A stretch of 61,254 nt of DNA, the filler included, from Circinaria calcarea (Eukaryota), in NCBI GenBank assembly GCA_051942165.1. It is 7 parts of 7 records of this genome, joined end to end, with 100 filler letters (N's around TTAATTAATTAA, not from the genome) between each part and the next. Parts side by side here need not be neighbours in the genome. Positions count along the whole stretch, not along the records: positions 35,092 to 43,756 come from JAVECS010001077.1; positions 43,857 to 52,506 come from JAVECS010001078.1; 5 more parts are not named here. One strand, given 5' to 3'. Under the pieces are notes generated by a model. The model did not search any database. It saw nothing but the letters and a program-made list of their open reading frames with translations, and was not told the DNA's origin. This document shows positions 36,425 to 50,007 of the stretch, one piece after another (positions within the stretch are counted from its first letter, which is position 1; each line of letters opens with the position of its first letter). Position numbers and translations under genes: made by a program.

Positions 36425-39259
36425 GGCGGGTTGAAAAGCATTAACCCAAGTAAATCATACTGCTTTATAAGTAGGGATAGACCGAGACCTTTCAACAAAT
36501 CCCATGCACGGAATAGAGAGCATATGGAGAGCTAGGTCTGGCCATCGCACCAAGGGCTGCCTAGAATGTCGGTAGCGAAGTCGGCTCCCAAAGGAGTAAG
36601 GAAAGAACAACGAGCCTGCAATGCAACCATACTTCACGAGTAAAGCTTGCCATACGTTGAGCTCTGCCACAGCCCAATTGCCAAGCCAATACAGGTTTGC
36701 CAAATAGCATAGCAAATTTGGTGTCCGGCAAAGTTGAGGGGTGTAGGCGTTTTATGCACGGCAGCAGGCTTCGAATTCCTAAACCTGATAACGTACGGCC
36801 CAGGTGGTAGGCCTAGCATGATGGCACAGGACCTACGCCCGCATATTGGCTAGTAAAGGTCCACTAGCATAGCATCGACTCCGTTGTAGATATACTACTG
36901 ACTGTACCAGGATATGGCATGTAACCTTGTGATAAAATGGCCAAGGTACCCGAGGTAGATTCGATGCGCCTTGCCGATCATCCAAGTGATGTCAGACGCT
37001 TAACATTTAACCTTCTTCATCCTTTGACGGTCTCGGCCCGTCAAAGACCGCCATAGCGGGGCTACAACCAAAGCACGTTGATCTGATTGCAGGCAGGTTG
37101 GCACTACATGAAATGCGTCACCGCATGCGGCAATGGCACTAAACAGGTCGATATCGATGCAGCCGAGAATGTTTCCCTCGTATGTGGTGGTGTATGCGGG
37201 GGCAAAGCACGTTTCGTATGAACCTCGAAGAATCTTACCGAGTATGCGACGATGGAATGTGTGCATCCACCAATTCATAATTGGCTATTCGAAAATATGC
37301 TCTTAGGCCATCTCCGTAACATGATGGGTGTAGCTGCGGCAAGCTGAACGCCTCGACCATTCTATCTGGGGGGCAGCATAACTTCGTCGTGTTGTCTTGT
37401 ACGGCCGTTGGCAAATGACGACATAGCTCTGGCCTTGATGCTTGGGAGAGGATCGCAATGCCGGTCACAGAATTGCCCAGATCGCCCACCGCCTCGGCCA
37501 GAACCGAGCCACGATCTCGCGAGCACTATCAAGCAGAGTGCGGAAGAGTAAAACATTCTCTCGTACTGTTCCCGATCTCCGAGCCGTCTCCCGACAGTAC
37601 ACTTTGACCATAGTTTCGTACTGTCCGCTCTAATCAGCGCATGGGTGGAGCGGGTACGTTTGAATTGGCTGTGTGGTGAAAATGAGTCTGGGAAACGGGA
37701 AGGACCTGGAGTATTGAGGGAAACTGTCAAATCACTCGCAACAGCTAACGAGAAAGCCTGGCGAGATATATGTATGGAAATGGAGGATGTCAATACATCA
37801 ATTTCAATTTCCAGCAAATTCAAGCCCTCCCCGTCTCCTCTCCCAAGTCAGCTACGTCGGCTGGGGCAAAGCAGAGAGATTTCTAGCCAGAGAGATACTT
37901 GACAGTAATCCATCAACTGAAAGAGATGTCAACTAACTAAGAACGAATACAACCCTATCAGCTTCTATCACATCAAGGCCTTGTTGGTATTCCATGCAGA
38001 AGGCTGCAGCTATTGACAGTCCATTGACGAGACAGGATGTGTTCAAACGACAGACGCTTAGGTTCAACCGGAAAGGCAAGGCAAGAGCGAATGACTCAGC
38101 ACCGGAGCTTGCAAAACTAGGTACGCATCTTTCAGGAGATCTAAAAAGCTGTGAGACTTGAAGGAAAGCTGGATGATGGTAATAAGCATGACTCATTATT
38201 GCCAATAAGCACTAACAGTATAAATCCCGCGAACTATGGTCATAGCATATATGAGCATCGAATCTCAAGCTACTCCGGCGACGCTGTATTCCTTCAAAGC
38301 ATGCAATAACTCACCACTATATTCAAGACTAGCTTCCCAAAGCAAGCGGACTGGATCTATGCAACGGTGGAGAAGCCAGGTCCTGGTTGCCGGATCGTAC
38401 TAACTGGCGATTTCCAGATTACGAACAATATTAACTGGGACTTGAGGTCTTTTGAGCTCTTGCCTGGGGTCGAAAAATGTGGTGCCACTGTGGGATGCCT
38501 CTCCTAGTCGAAAAGGCTGTAAGTAAGCGATATACCCGCCATGTAGGTACCGATTGTCATCACAGTCGGTTCTGTGCAATCCGAAACCTCTGTTTGCGAA
38601 AGACTACTCACCGGCGTGAAGGTACTGCTCGGGGACATTCCTATGAAATGTGACGGCGCAAAGGTGCCAAGTGCGAGCAAGTCCTCTTGAACTGTTGGTG
38701 CATCTCTGGCTGTTTTGAAAGTGGAAGATGTCTCTGTGCAGTCTGTGGGTACAATTGGCGTCGTTTATGAGCAGTAGAGTCTGAGTGCCCGAGACTCGGC
38801 GTGAGATCGCTAAACTCCGCTAGCAACAGTGGGTGATGTTCACGATGGGTTTAAACACGTACCTCTCGATCTCTTCTATGCATCTGTTGAGTAACATGTA
38901 TGGTGGCATGTATTGCTATGTAGTATGTGTAACTATCTAAGCTGGCATACGAAGAAAAACGCTTTTAGGGGTGTGTGGAGAGTGTGGAGCATAGACCACG
39001 CATTACCCGTAGATAACACGTGACTCGGTAAGCCCTATGGCTTCCAGCAGACTTGTCCCTATGGCAAGCATGCAAGGCTCTAATAGAACATCATCCATTT
39101 ATATCGTCGCTTGAAGTTTTCGTCGCCATGCCCCAGTTAAGCCTCCAGATCTTTCCTAAAGGCTGGGGGGCTTACTTACACTCAGAAAAAGCGCAGCGAT
39201 CAACCCAATGGCAAACGAGATGTACGCTGGTACAGAACTGCAAGAAAGGTTAACAGTGT

Positions 39260-40310
39260 TTTCCGAAACTAGGAACGTCTCCAACCCACAGTTCTCCTAC
39301 AACGGATACGAGGATTCCGAGCGCTGGCGCCTTAGCGTCCGCTGGCAGCGTATTCAAAAAAGTTTCCGCTAGTTCCCAAAGCGATCGCTTGCAGTTGGGC
39401 GATGGGCAATTCCTGGAGCGATTTTTTGCAGGTTTGAAAATGCGAGATTGACGAAGATGGAACCGGCAACAGATAGGCCGAGTGCGATTCCAATGGAATT
39501 GAGCTTTGCAGGCTAAGCTAGCAGGTTAGATGGAACGGTGTAGCTGATTCTTTCACCGAGGATCATGTAAGCTATTCCGTACGCCATCATCGAGGGCTCC
39601 ACTGCTACCTGGGGAACGGCGTAACCTGCTTGAGCATAACACCCGGCCCCGATACCTACCAGCACCTCGTATCCGTAAATATTAGCGATTGGCGTGGTGA
39701 CTGTAACGGTCGCTACTAAATGTAAGTAGCCGCATAAGTGGATTGGAGAACTAGTGGCTCATAGAGAAGGGCGGAATCGGCAAATGCCAGACAGCTTCCC
39801 TGTTACGGGAAGGAGCAGGCGGGCCTGCGGGGTTATATAGTCCCAGAATAGACAGCCATAGAATGAATTAGTTCTATTCCATCATACTCTGCCGTGACAA
39901 TTATAAAGGCGTCCATGTTCGGAGCAGCACCACATAGAACCGATCCAACCATAAAGAGCATGACCAAGATGATATAGAGGCTTTTGGCGTTGAATAGGCC
40001 ATGGAGCTTACCGAAAGGAAAAATGATGGTGACCCCTCCAACTAAGAACCTGGATAGCGGGTCAGAAACGAGTGGAACCGCAGTCGAGGGCCTAAACGAT
40101 GTACGTACCCAACCAAAAGCCATGCTAACTTGTCCCTCTTCCCGAGGTTCCCAGTGACGACCTATATCCCGTTTGTCAGCCCATCTGGCTCCTTTCCAGA
40201 CAGGTAGGATGTCTACCGGAATCACAGCTGCTGTGATGGTATTGTCGAGGGCGTATAAAAATAACTACCGGAAAACAATACTCAGAACAACCAAGAACCA
40301 CTGAATCAAC
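39260..40310 (-). pseudogene. Degraded DHA2/14-TM MFS efflux pump; boundaries approximate
   Basis: Fragments FLYALDNTI, PFGKLHGLFNAKSLYI..GSVLCGAAPNMDAFII, NIYGYEVLVGIGAG..QAGY, LSVAGSIFVN, separated by stops, frameshifts and a large internal gap. Confidence 0.8.
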
Positions 40311-40934
40311 AAGATTAGGTCAGTTTCACGTAAAATATCGGGAAAGCATAATTTGGAGAATATAGGGAGGAGTGGATATATGCAGAAACGCCATGAACTG
40401 TTCCTGATGGCTGTAAAACCGGTATGGCTCCTTTCCCTTTAACGCCCTCAGCAGGCACGGCTCATCTCGAGGAAACTATCCGCTTTCATAAGTGGAAGCA
40501 TTCGGGAACCTCTTATTGCTATCAGTAGTGGTAAATAGAAAGCATATGCAAATTTGGCAAAGTGAATAGATATATAATAAACGAGATCTCGTATATTCAT
40601 AGCTTAATGGCTTCTCTTTCTATTTTGTACTGTACATATTTATATACTAGTCATGATATATGCCTTGGACCTATATAGTAGCATTGGGAAAAGACTTAAT
40701 ATAAAAATCAACACAGGTGATAGAGAATAGAATCAATTAATTCTCAAATATATATAGTGAAAGAACTATCTACAGATAGTATTTCTCGCTCTTGCAAGAT
40801 CTCATATTTGACCGGCTGTAGAGTTGTCTCTGAGGATATCGATCTGCGTTTTCACTGCGATGCTCTCCGAATCTTTCCTGTCGCTTCTTTCATTAGTTGA
40901 GCCGCTCGACATCGTGTCGGAAAGCCTTTACTCA

Positions 40935-42178
40935 CTAAAGGCGGGCCTGGGGCTCCTGGCGATGAGACAGCTCCTCTTCGGTATGAATACCGGAATCGAG
41001 TGTAGAAGTAGCCCAGCACTTGGCCGAATTGTCCATTTCAATTCCAGAGTTCTGAGTAGACTTGACTGGGTTATTGTAGTGAATGCCATGGTAACCGGTG
41101 CTCTTCTCTTTCCCCATCGTGCCATCGTTGGCATTGCCATAGCGGATAAGCTTGTAGAGCGGACGGTAGGTCGGTAGACAAGCGGAAATAATGGCTACGC
41201 ATATCTCAATGGTGGACAAAGTGGCACCATCAACGTTGTCCCCTGAATTACGTAAGTATATAGATAGTAAGCAGCATTGTGAATAACCTACAAGCTGGGT
41301 CTGCAGTTGATGCTACTCTTTCCAAGAAGAATAACCGTATGATACTGATGATGCATACGCTGTATAACAGTCAGTGTCATTATATCGTAGAAAAACCAAT
41401 GCAGAGTACAAACTTACAATCCTCCTAATAAGAATATACCAGACAGAACCCACTTTTGGTTCCTGGAAATCTGGAGCCGCCATAATACTGGGAGCGGCAA
41501 ACTCAGAATAGCGACGTCGGACAAAATGTTAAGGATGCCAATGAGCAACACGAAATGTCCATAATTGATGCAGTGCCCCGACACAGTAGGGTCCCAATTA
41601 GCTTGGATTGGGTAACATTGAAAGATAACGACGAAAACTGCTGCAACGTTGTAGCATAGCACAACTGCCCCAACAATTATAAGTGCTTTCCGTAAATTCT
41701 TAGGAGGAAAGAGCCGGCGGTAAAGAAAGAGGACCGAGAGCTTGGCACAGGTAATAGGCGGGACGTATAAAACTGACGCAGTGATTACTGACTATGATAG
41801 AGTTAAGTCATGACCTATCAGTCTGAGAAGCATTACATACCACAGCAAGTCCGTAAACATCGGTTACCAAGATTGTATGTCTCCCCAGGTTAAAATGCGT
41901 TGTTAGACAGTAAGAGATGATATATAGAGTAGCGAACAACTGAGTTACATGAGCGAATAGCTTCCAGAGGTCCCTCCTTGCCTTACCACACTGGCTATTA
42001 TCAGCCAATCATCGGTGATGATTGGTGCGCGAACCAAGCGGCGTGAACACAGTCGCAGAGCAACAGCTATCCAAGCAGCCACTATACAAACCAAATTTGC
42101 AGTTATGATACCAGGAATGGCATTGTCGTCGATATGGGCCTGCTGGTATGCGATATCAGCTGCGGTAGGGGTCTTCAT
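40935..42178 (-). CDS. Second Pth11-like 7-TM integral membrane protein, 5 exons
   Basis: VALRLCSRR..DDWLI, AKLSVLFLYRRLF, FQCYPIQANWD, DVAILSLPLPVLWRL, IEICVAIISACLPTYRP. Confidence 0.9.
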
Positions 42179-42605
42179 GTTTGCTCATTAGTAACGCTTT
42201 GGAAGGATAGCTGTCTTGGTGGGAGCAGGAATGCATAAGGATAAAAAGACAGCAAATAATCTGTCCATTTTCACGGACAGCACTTGCCTTGCCACCTGGT
42301 TGGTCTTCTCTCGATTGGTGCTGACACGCGTTGTGGTGGGCTATCAACCATGGACGGGACACAGCTATCGACTTTGCCGCAGCCATGCATGGCCGGCGGC
42401 CTGGACCCTCAAATTTGATACAGGCGGAGTACCTTAGCGTGCAATAGATACAAAGGAATACCGAAGGAATAAAACCTTTTTCTTTTCAGGATCCGAGCTA
42501 GTAACTAGTACGCCCGAGTGGTTGGTGGAATTTTCTATATATTATTGCTCTGCACCAGAGAAAAGCAATCTTCCGTCTTCGTAGCTTCCATTCGATATTC
42601 AAGTC

Positions 42606-43756
42606 ATGACGATTAAAACCATATCGCCATTCAAACTCGGAGGAGCATGGGGGTGCGTAGTTACCTCGGGATGTTTAACCGTCGTTTTAATGGCAGTCAT
42701 TACCGAGAACTTTGCTAGCATATGTGATCAGAGTTATAAATTACAAGGAGGTATTTTCACCATATTTGGATTGCTACAGCTTTTCAACTGTGTAATAATG
42801 AAGTTGCCTACGAAATACGGTGATTTTAACTAATATTCTAAGTAAGGTTTTCCCAATCATCATTTATAGGCTTTACTTTCATCCTCTTTCCAAATATCCT
42901 GGTCCTTTTTGGGCAAGATTGACGGATTGGTATACGGTTTACCATTGCTATATCGGTGACCGGCATCTGGACTTCCATAGGCTTCATTTAAGATATGGTA
43001 CCTATCTCCCAGTGTATTGTCGGATAGCCCACCTAAGACCATTATAGGCAAAGTGGTTCGGTTCGGACCAGATCGAATATCAGTTAATAGTGCCACGGCG
43101 TTACGGGATATTTACAGCACGAGCTCCAACACTCGAAAATCTCAAGTCCACGAGTCTTTCGTACACTTTTTCAAAAGCCCCATGTCAATGACCACGGTTG
43201 ACAGAGAAGAACACGCTTTCAAGCGTAGAGTTAACGTGAAAGCTTTCACATCGACGGCCATCAAGGACATGGAAGAAAAGCTATTGAGAAACATTTCCCT
43301 GTTCTGCGACAAAATGCGGGATGACAAGCTTCATCAAGGTTGGAATGTGGCCAAAGATATAAGCAAATGGTCAGCGTATCTTGTATCCGACATTCAGGGA
43401 GATATCACGTTTAGTCGTAACTGGAATGTACTGGAGAGCTCTGGGAACAGACGAATAGTCGAGATTTTACCTCAGGGGGTTGGCGGCCTAATTCTGGTGA
43501 GCTGTTGACACACAAGAGTACCATTCGTGAGCGAATAGCTAACTTTGCATAGTCAGGTCATATGCCGGCAATCCTCACGCTTAAACTCGATAAGCTATTA
43601 TTCTCGAAGCTCACCAAAGAAACCTACGAGTATCAAAGGCTTAGTAAAGATCAAGCCGAATGGCGAATAGCTCAAGGGAAAAAATCTGAGATGAACGACA
43701 TTTTCTCCGCCCTCGAAACTGCACGAGACCCAGAAACAGATCGCAAATACACACCT
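42606..43756 (+). CDS. Cytochrome P450 (benzoate 4-monooxygenase-like clan), multi-exon, 3'-truncated; start uncertain
   Basis: YRLYFHPLSKYPGP, LHLRYGKVVRFGPDRISVNS..ALRDIY, DIFSALETARDPET; heme motif lies beyond the contig end. Confidence 0.87.
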
Positions 43757-43856
43757 NNNNNNNNNNNNNNNNNNNNNNNNNNNNNNNNNNNNNNNNNNNN
43801 TTAATTAATTAANNNNNNNNNNNNNNNNNNNNNNNNNNNNNNNNNNNNNNNNNNNN
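43757..43856. other. Artificial contig linker
   Basis: 44 N + TTAATTAATTAA + 44 N. Confidence 0.99.
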
Positions 43857-44369
43857 TATTTTGGCCTGCGGTGTAGCAGAGATGACGAGAACCTGGCTTG
43901 GAGAATTCGGGTTGAACTCCACATGGTGGACCGGATGGGTTTCTGAGCTCGCGGACGCCTTTGCTGCAGTAGGATCCACGGATTTGAAAGCACGCAGCGT
44001 GGTCGGGGTCATTGAAGCAAAATCGTGTAGCTTGACGGTACAGTCGGTGGAGCCACTGATCATCCGCGAACCAGACGGATCGACCGTCAAGGTGGTAATT
44101 GTGCGCTCATGTGTATTGAGGACCAGCTCGTGGGAAACGGGGTAGTCATCTTCGGGGTCGGAGTCGCCTTCGGACTCGGAGTCGCCATCGCTACCGTCGT
44201 CGGCGTCCTGATGCCCTCCTTCATCCTTTATCGTGGTTGCGGTTGAGAGGCGCTTCGTTCGCTCAATCTGAGCGGCGATGTTTGCTTCCTTGGTTTGTTT
44301 TCCAAAGCCATTGGGAAGGTACTGTCTCAAAGCTTCCTCTTCATCGATGAGCGCATCACCGTTGTTCAT
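43857..44369 (-). CDS. WDR70: WD40-repeat protein, WDR70/Gad-1 family, 3'-truncated
   Basis: LPNGFGKQ, acidic linker, PVSHELVL..H..DPSGSRMISGSTDCTVKLHDFASM..RAFK. Confidence 0.85.
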
Positions 44370-44716
44370 CGTTTATAAGGGTGTGCCTCCGAAGCTTTGG
44401 GAGCGACACAGGAGTCCCGGTGAGTGTCCATCTGAAAGTGGAGACGAGAGCTGGAAACCAAATGGAAAGTGGAGGCGACTTTGACCTGCGCTAAACAATG
44501 CGATGCGCGAAACTGAATATGTGTATTCTGACAGTGATTAAAGATTGCCCATATCATTATGATTGATCTGGCCTTCTTCTATTGACACCTGCGAGGCTTA
44601 TTCACCTTTTGAAACAAACACGCACGAGGATCAACGTCTGGCAATATAAGGGGTCTCTGCGCTTCCCACACCACTCTACACCCTATCCAACACTCTCTTA
44701 TCTGAGAGTCGTCATC

Positions 44717-45340
44717 ATGGATGAGACATTCACCCTCCTTCCTCTTCATCTCGATCCCCCAAGCAAAGCGATTTCAGCTCCCACCCTCGAACAAACTTCG
44801 TCGCTCGTCACAGAGCTCGCCCTCCTAAACCAAACCCATCGGCAACTCCTAACGCTCGACACGCCATCTCAAGTGCCTCCAGCTCCTCTACCCCTCAATC
44901 CGAAAAGGTCGGCCCAGATAAACAAAATGCGGGAACAAGGGAACTCGATGTACCAGAAATCCAGGAGCCAACCAAGTGCGATCTCGGAAGCCGGCAAGCT
45001 TTACTCCTACGCCCTCGAGATGGCACTTCTACGTCCGGCCTGGGAACCTTCAGCAATTGTGAGGGATGAAGTCGCCGTACTGCTAGCCAACAGAGCCCAA
45101 GTCAATATGAGTCTGCAGGCATGGCCAGAGGGGGCCGCAGATGCCGAGGGAAGCGTGGAGATGAAGAGACAGGGGAATGCAAAGGCATGGTGGAGGAGAG
45201 GGAAGTGTCTGGTGGAGATGGGAAGATGGGAGGAGGCAGCTAAGTGGGTTGCAAAAGGACTGGAATCCGAGGGGAATGACGCGGATTTACGGGGACTGAT
45301 GAAAGAAATTGAGAAAAAGGCCGAGCAAGGTAGTATATAA
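44717..45340 (+). CDS. SEC72: ER translocation complex subunit Sec72 (TPR protein)
   Basis: LNQTHRQLL..PPAPLPLNPKRSAQINKMREQGN, ALLRPAWEP, LLANRAQ, KAWWRRGKCL. Confidence 0.9.
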   Translation: MDETFTLLPLHLDPPSKAISAPTLEQTSSLVTELALLNQTHRQLLTLDTPSQVPPAPLPLNPKRSAQINKMREQGNSMYQKSRSQPSAISEAGKLYSYALEMALLRPAWEPSAIVRDEVAVLLANRAQVNMSLQAWPEGAADAEGSVEMKRQGNAKAWWRRGKCLVEMGRWEEAAKWVAKGLESEGNDADLRGLMKEIEKKAEQGSI

Positions 45341-45622
45341 TTAGGCCATTGCACCAGAATGGCATTGGGATTACAAGTATAGTATCTTAGTTTCTCATCA
45401 TGCTATCGTCTTACTGAGTGAATGCAGCGTCGTCTACTTCACAACAGTGAATATTTGTCAGAGGTGGATAAACTTTGAAATCTGTTCTTGGGCCTATATA
45501 AAACAATATTCCGTCCGTTTGCCTTTTACTTTATTACTGCAGTACGCTATAATATACCAATCTTACTTTTCTCTTGAATCGAACAGCAGCGAAGGATTTG
45601 GCCTAAGCTAAACATTCTCATC

Positions 45623-46635
45623 ATGTTGAAGGAGCGCTGGGTTAAGAGAGGCGTTGATGGCGATCCCAACGACAAGGCTAACTGGAAAGTACTAGTGGAA
45701 GGAGATTACAGGGGCCCGATCGAACGCATTCCCCATTACGTCCACTTAATAATATATATGAAAATTCTAATATACGACTGCAAGCAAATCCCAGATAAAG
45801 ACAAGGCCCGATTCTAGAACGATGATTTCGTTTATAATCTCGAGTTATCTGTAAGAACCAGGGCCTTAAAGAAAGAGAGAAAAACCGCCGGGTCGCCCTG
45901 GGGAAGAGGGGGAATAGTGTGGGTTCCATTAAAAAAAAGAGCGGGTCTAAATAAATATCGAGAATGTTTGGGTGTGGTATGGGCCGGACGTCTCTTTAAA
46001 ACCTATTCTGGCGGCGACCTTTCAAGCTAATCTAGTAAATATCTCTATTTCCGGGACGCTAGATGCAGTATCAACCAGTCATTGTAAAAGGGTCCTGGAT
46101 AACGAAAACAACGAAGACGACGATGATGCAAAACGTGCCAAGATATTTCTTAATTTCAATATTATCACACTGCTAACCCTGAGATATTGGGAGATCACGA
46201 CTGCGCTCAAAGGTTTAGGATGGTGGAGCCCCGGAATGGAAGAAACTCCCTACCGGATAAGAGGAATGGATGGCAGAAACAGCACGTAACAGCCCCAGAA
46301 CCCTGATCATGTCGTCGACAGTCTCGGCTCTAGAAGAGCCGTATCTTAAAGAGATGAAAACCCTAAAAGAGGAAGAAATGCTTCTAGTTAATAAAGGCAG
46401 CGGGTATAATATCCTATTCTTTCTATAAATGACGCAGTCCGCCTCATCTGCCTCTCTACTAATAAACTTCATCACGGTCGCCGCGACATACAAGTTCACC
46501 GGAATAATACTGAGTTGCACCGAAATAGAAGATAATCATCAACAGATTATCCAGGAATCCCGGAATATTAGACATTTTAATGATTTCCCGGGCTTCGTGC
46601 AACGCCGAGTCGAATTTCATATGGGCAGACCATAA
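45623..46635 (+). pseudogene. Decayed orphan coding sequence, unassigned
   Basis: Chain of short same-strand ORFs broken by TAG/TAA and frameshifts; TA-rich; no recognisable motif. Confidence 0.3.
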
Positions 46636-47029
46636 TAATCACACCAAACTCACTGTCTCCTATCAGGTTAGAATGAACGCCCTCTTTTGTGAGTGGTTCT
46701 GCTATACTGCCGTGGTGAAATAAATCAAGGTTGATCGCCATTGGTTTTGCTTCATTCACCGCGCCAAAGGTCACCGCTTTCTCGCTACGACGTTTGAAAA
46801 GGGTAATTGAAGATTCACTATTTCGACAGCTTGGACCCCATTTGCAATACGGTAGTCACACTGGGCATTGACTTATCCCTCTCTTATACTCTCTTCTCGT
46901 CCCCTCTCCTGTACTCTCTTCTCGTCTCATTTTTCCTATCTCGTCAACGAAATTGTCACAGACTGCCTAGTCTCCTACGATATCGTCGATAGCTACGTCA
47001 GCCTTGCTACTGCGCGGAGAGCTACAGGT

Positions 47030-49398
47030 ATGGCCGGAATAGCTGTACCCCCAGGGCAACAAGGAGGTGATAGGGGTTCAGAAGAGAGCCCCGGGCATCC
47101 AATCCCCGACTCAGATTTTGAATTTAACGGACAAGTATCCGAGAAGAGTGCAGATCATACTGCTAGTACCAAGAGGAACCAATTCATCTCGTACTACACT
47201 CTAATTAACTGGTTTAAAGAAATGAGAGGTCAACTCCATACAGGATCGCACCTAGCAAATGAGATAACCGACCAGTCCAGTTATCAAAAGGAGAGTTTGC
47301 AGATCTCTACGTGGAACTGAAAATCCGAGGAACAGCCTAACTAGCAGAAGTTAAAGAACTTTTCGCTTTATTTAATAGGATCAGACTTAAGTACTTCGAG
47401 AATAATAAAGATATCGAGAAAAAAATACGAGATAAGCTCTCTGATGCTGAAAATGAAAATGAGATAAGGAGGGACGTGATCTCGACCAAAACGGTTACAA
47501 TTAAGATGGACCGAGTGTACAAGGATATAAATGATATTGAAACTATTTATGGCCCTACCTCCGAATGGTTACCTTGCTGAGTAAGGTCCAAGAAAAGCGT
47601 CATCAGTCAAAGATGGATTGCAGCCTGAGATATCTTATAAAAACAGCCCCAAAGGAAGCACTCTTTGCGTGTGATATATATATACTATTCTCTCTGGCAA
47701 CTGGAATCGTTCAACGATACACCAGAGAAACATATACAAGATGTCGCCGTCGCGCATGGGCCACGCAGACAGACATGAAAGCCGCTGCAGATGAGTTAAA
47801 GTCACCAAGGATTCCAAAGCAGATTGGCGGGAAGCGAGGACAGGCTGAGACTTCAGGTCCACTTCATCGCAGGAGTTCGCGTATAGCTGGCCCACCCCGA
47901 AATACAGAAGCTGCTCGGAAAGGCAACTACCCACAAAGTACTCCCGATTCAAGGAAGAAAGGAGACTGTCGAAACCCACCATCCGAACCGTAACCCCAGT
48001 AAATGCATCGACACAACTGCATCAATCTGATGACGAGAACAACAGCCCTGACCGAAACTTGGAAGACTGTACTAACAGCGAGGAACGAGACCAGGCTGAG
48101 ATTGAAGAAGTCGTGCAACCAAAGACACAGGGTGGTTCCCCATGGCCAATCGGCGAGAACCCCAGCGAAGTAATCGACGTACCAGGATCCAGGCAATTTA
48201 ACATGCAGCCGGTATCGCCAGATATATCTAAGCCACGAATACCTGAGGATCCAGAAATGGCGGGTGAAATGTTTCAAAAGCTGCAGAAGATCTACGAGGC
48301 ACAGGCCAACTTAAAAACACTAGGGTTGAGTCGGAAAACACTTAGTGAGGTGGAACAGGAGAAAGAAATTACCCCATGGGTGGAGCTACTATTTTCGATG
48401 TAGAGTGATAATTCCCAGAGTACGGTCTATTAGCTACCCAGCCCTATTAGGGATTGGATTGGTTGGGCACGCTTTGATCAGGGCAGCAGAGGATACAGTA
48501 ATAATCTTTTCCACAGCGGTTGGCACATCGACAGGGGCATAACATTTCCAATCAACGCATGTTGTCACCGCCTGGAAGTTGGGGGAACTGAAAAACGAGA
48601 AATTGTACACAGGCAACCTACAGGTACGAGATGAAACCTCACGACATTTTAGGAGAGGAAGAGAGTCAATTACAAAACGCACAATTTCAATTACGACTCC
48701 CCCCAGAGGATGTTGACCTAAAACTCGAGGAAACCCTGAAATCTTATACCTAGGAGAAGTTAAATAGAACGGTCGGTAACGATAGAACAACTGATAAAAG
48801 TAAAACCCGATCGGGAAACACTTAGCAGACGCTGTAAGCATGGGACTCTCAGGCAATATACAATCACGAGATGGAACCTCACGACACTTTAGGGGAGGAA
48901 CAAAGTCAATCACAAGACACACACTCCCAATTACCACTTTCCCTAGAGGCCATTGACCTAGAACTCGAAGAAACCCCGAAATCTTACACCGACGAGGAGT
49001 TAAATAGGAAGGTTGATAACGATACGTATAATGCCCAGCAAAATTTCCGCCAAGATAATGACGTTAGCATTAAAATACAACAGTTCCTTAAATCCGCCAT
49101 TTGGGCGTTAACTCGAGTCGATTAGCTTCCTATGAAGCTGGGCTTCGCAGACTTAGTGCTCACTAGAATACAAAGGCAGGATATTGTCCAAGATGGGGTG
49201 ACGGCATCAAATTCTGTATATACAAAGCGAGATCTTCGTGCCATGGTATCACGAAATATGAGGGACAAGGAAGTGGAAGCGGTAATCGTGGCAATCGTTA
49301 AGGGAGCGGGCGTTGGGGATGGAGGGAGCTGGGAGCAAGTCGTAGTAGCGAGGGAAGCGCTACGAAAACTCAAAATGAGGAAAGTAGAAACAGATTAG
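47030..49398 (+). pseudogene. Decayed orphan coding sequence, charged/coiled-coil-like, with an internal repeat
   Basis: Successive + strand ORF fragments of similar E/K/Q-rich composition separated by isolated stops and frameshifts. Confidence 0.4.
48610..49024 (+). repeat. Diverged direct repeat, 2 x 175 bp, period 240 bp
   Basis: 48610-48784 aligns without indels to 48850-49024; MKPHDILGEEESQ.. vs MEPHDTLGEEQSQ.. Confidence 0.9.
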
Positions 49399-49526
49399 GC
49401 AAAACCAACACGTATATATGATCAGAATAACCTAGGAGATTTGTTCTGCAACATATCTACTGTAAGACACACTCCTCGTCAGTGCACGTTTCCGCTTTTC
49501 TGATTATTTATAGGAACCTGAAAGTC

Positions 49527-49800
49527 TTAGAAATATGGATAAGCCAGATCAACCGCTCTAAGATAAGCCGGCACGCAAACATCTTGCAGTGCCTGGATGA
49601 TGTGGCTTCGTGGCGAGGATTCCATACGAAGGCGAGGACAGTCCCTTTTTGGGAGAATGGTGTATCCATACGATATCAGTGTGACTTGAATAGAGCACCT
49701 CGCAAATTCCTGCTCTCTCAATGGTGTGCAATCATCATCCAGTGTCCGAGTAAGCTGATCATGCAAGAGGTCCAGCCGATGCCTGTAATTCAGCCGAATG
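49527..49800 (-). pseudogene. Frameshifted remnant of a fungal protein-kinase-like gene
   Basis: QLTRTLDDDCTPL, QVTLISYGYT, (frameshift) KGTVLAF..RHEA, LQDVCVPAYL.AVDLAYPY resemble a repeat-associated ascomycete kinase-like family as recalled. Confidence 0.6.
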
Positions 49801-50007
49801 CTTATGTAGCCGGCCATGACAAGGCTGAACTCCGCAGTAGATGGGCGCGTTAAGACATTATCTATCAAGGGGGCAACCTCGGACCAATCCATACAGGCGA
49901 TACTAGGTATAACACGGGCGAGTTTGACTATATTGCCTGGAAGCACTTAAACGGAGGCCTATCAGAATATCTGATTGGCCTAGCTAGGGCACGACCATGT
50001 TGTTATA

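Noticed and set aside
40802..40937. Possible longer original C-terminus of the second Pth11-like protein in another frame (..SIAVKTQIDIL..)
   Set aside because: The tail is low-conservation and the existing stop gives a complete 7-TM protein; cannot be supported without homologues
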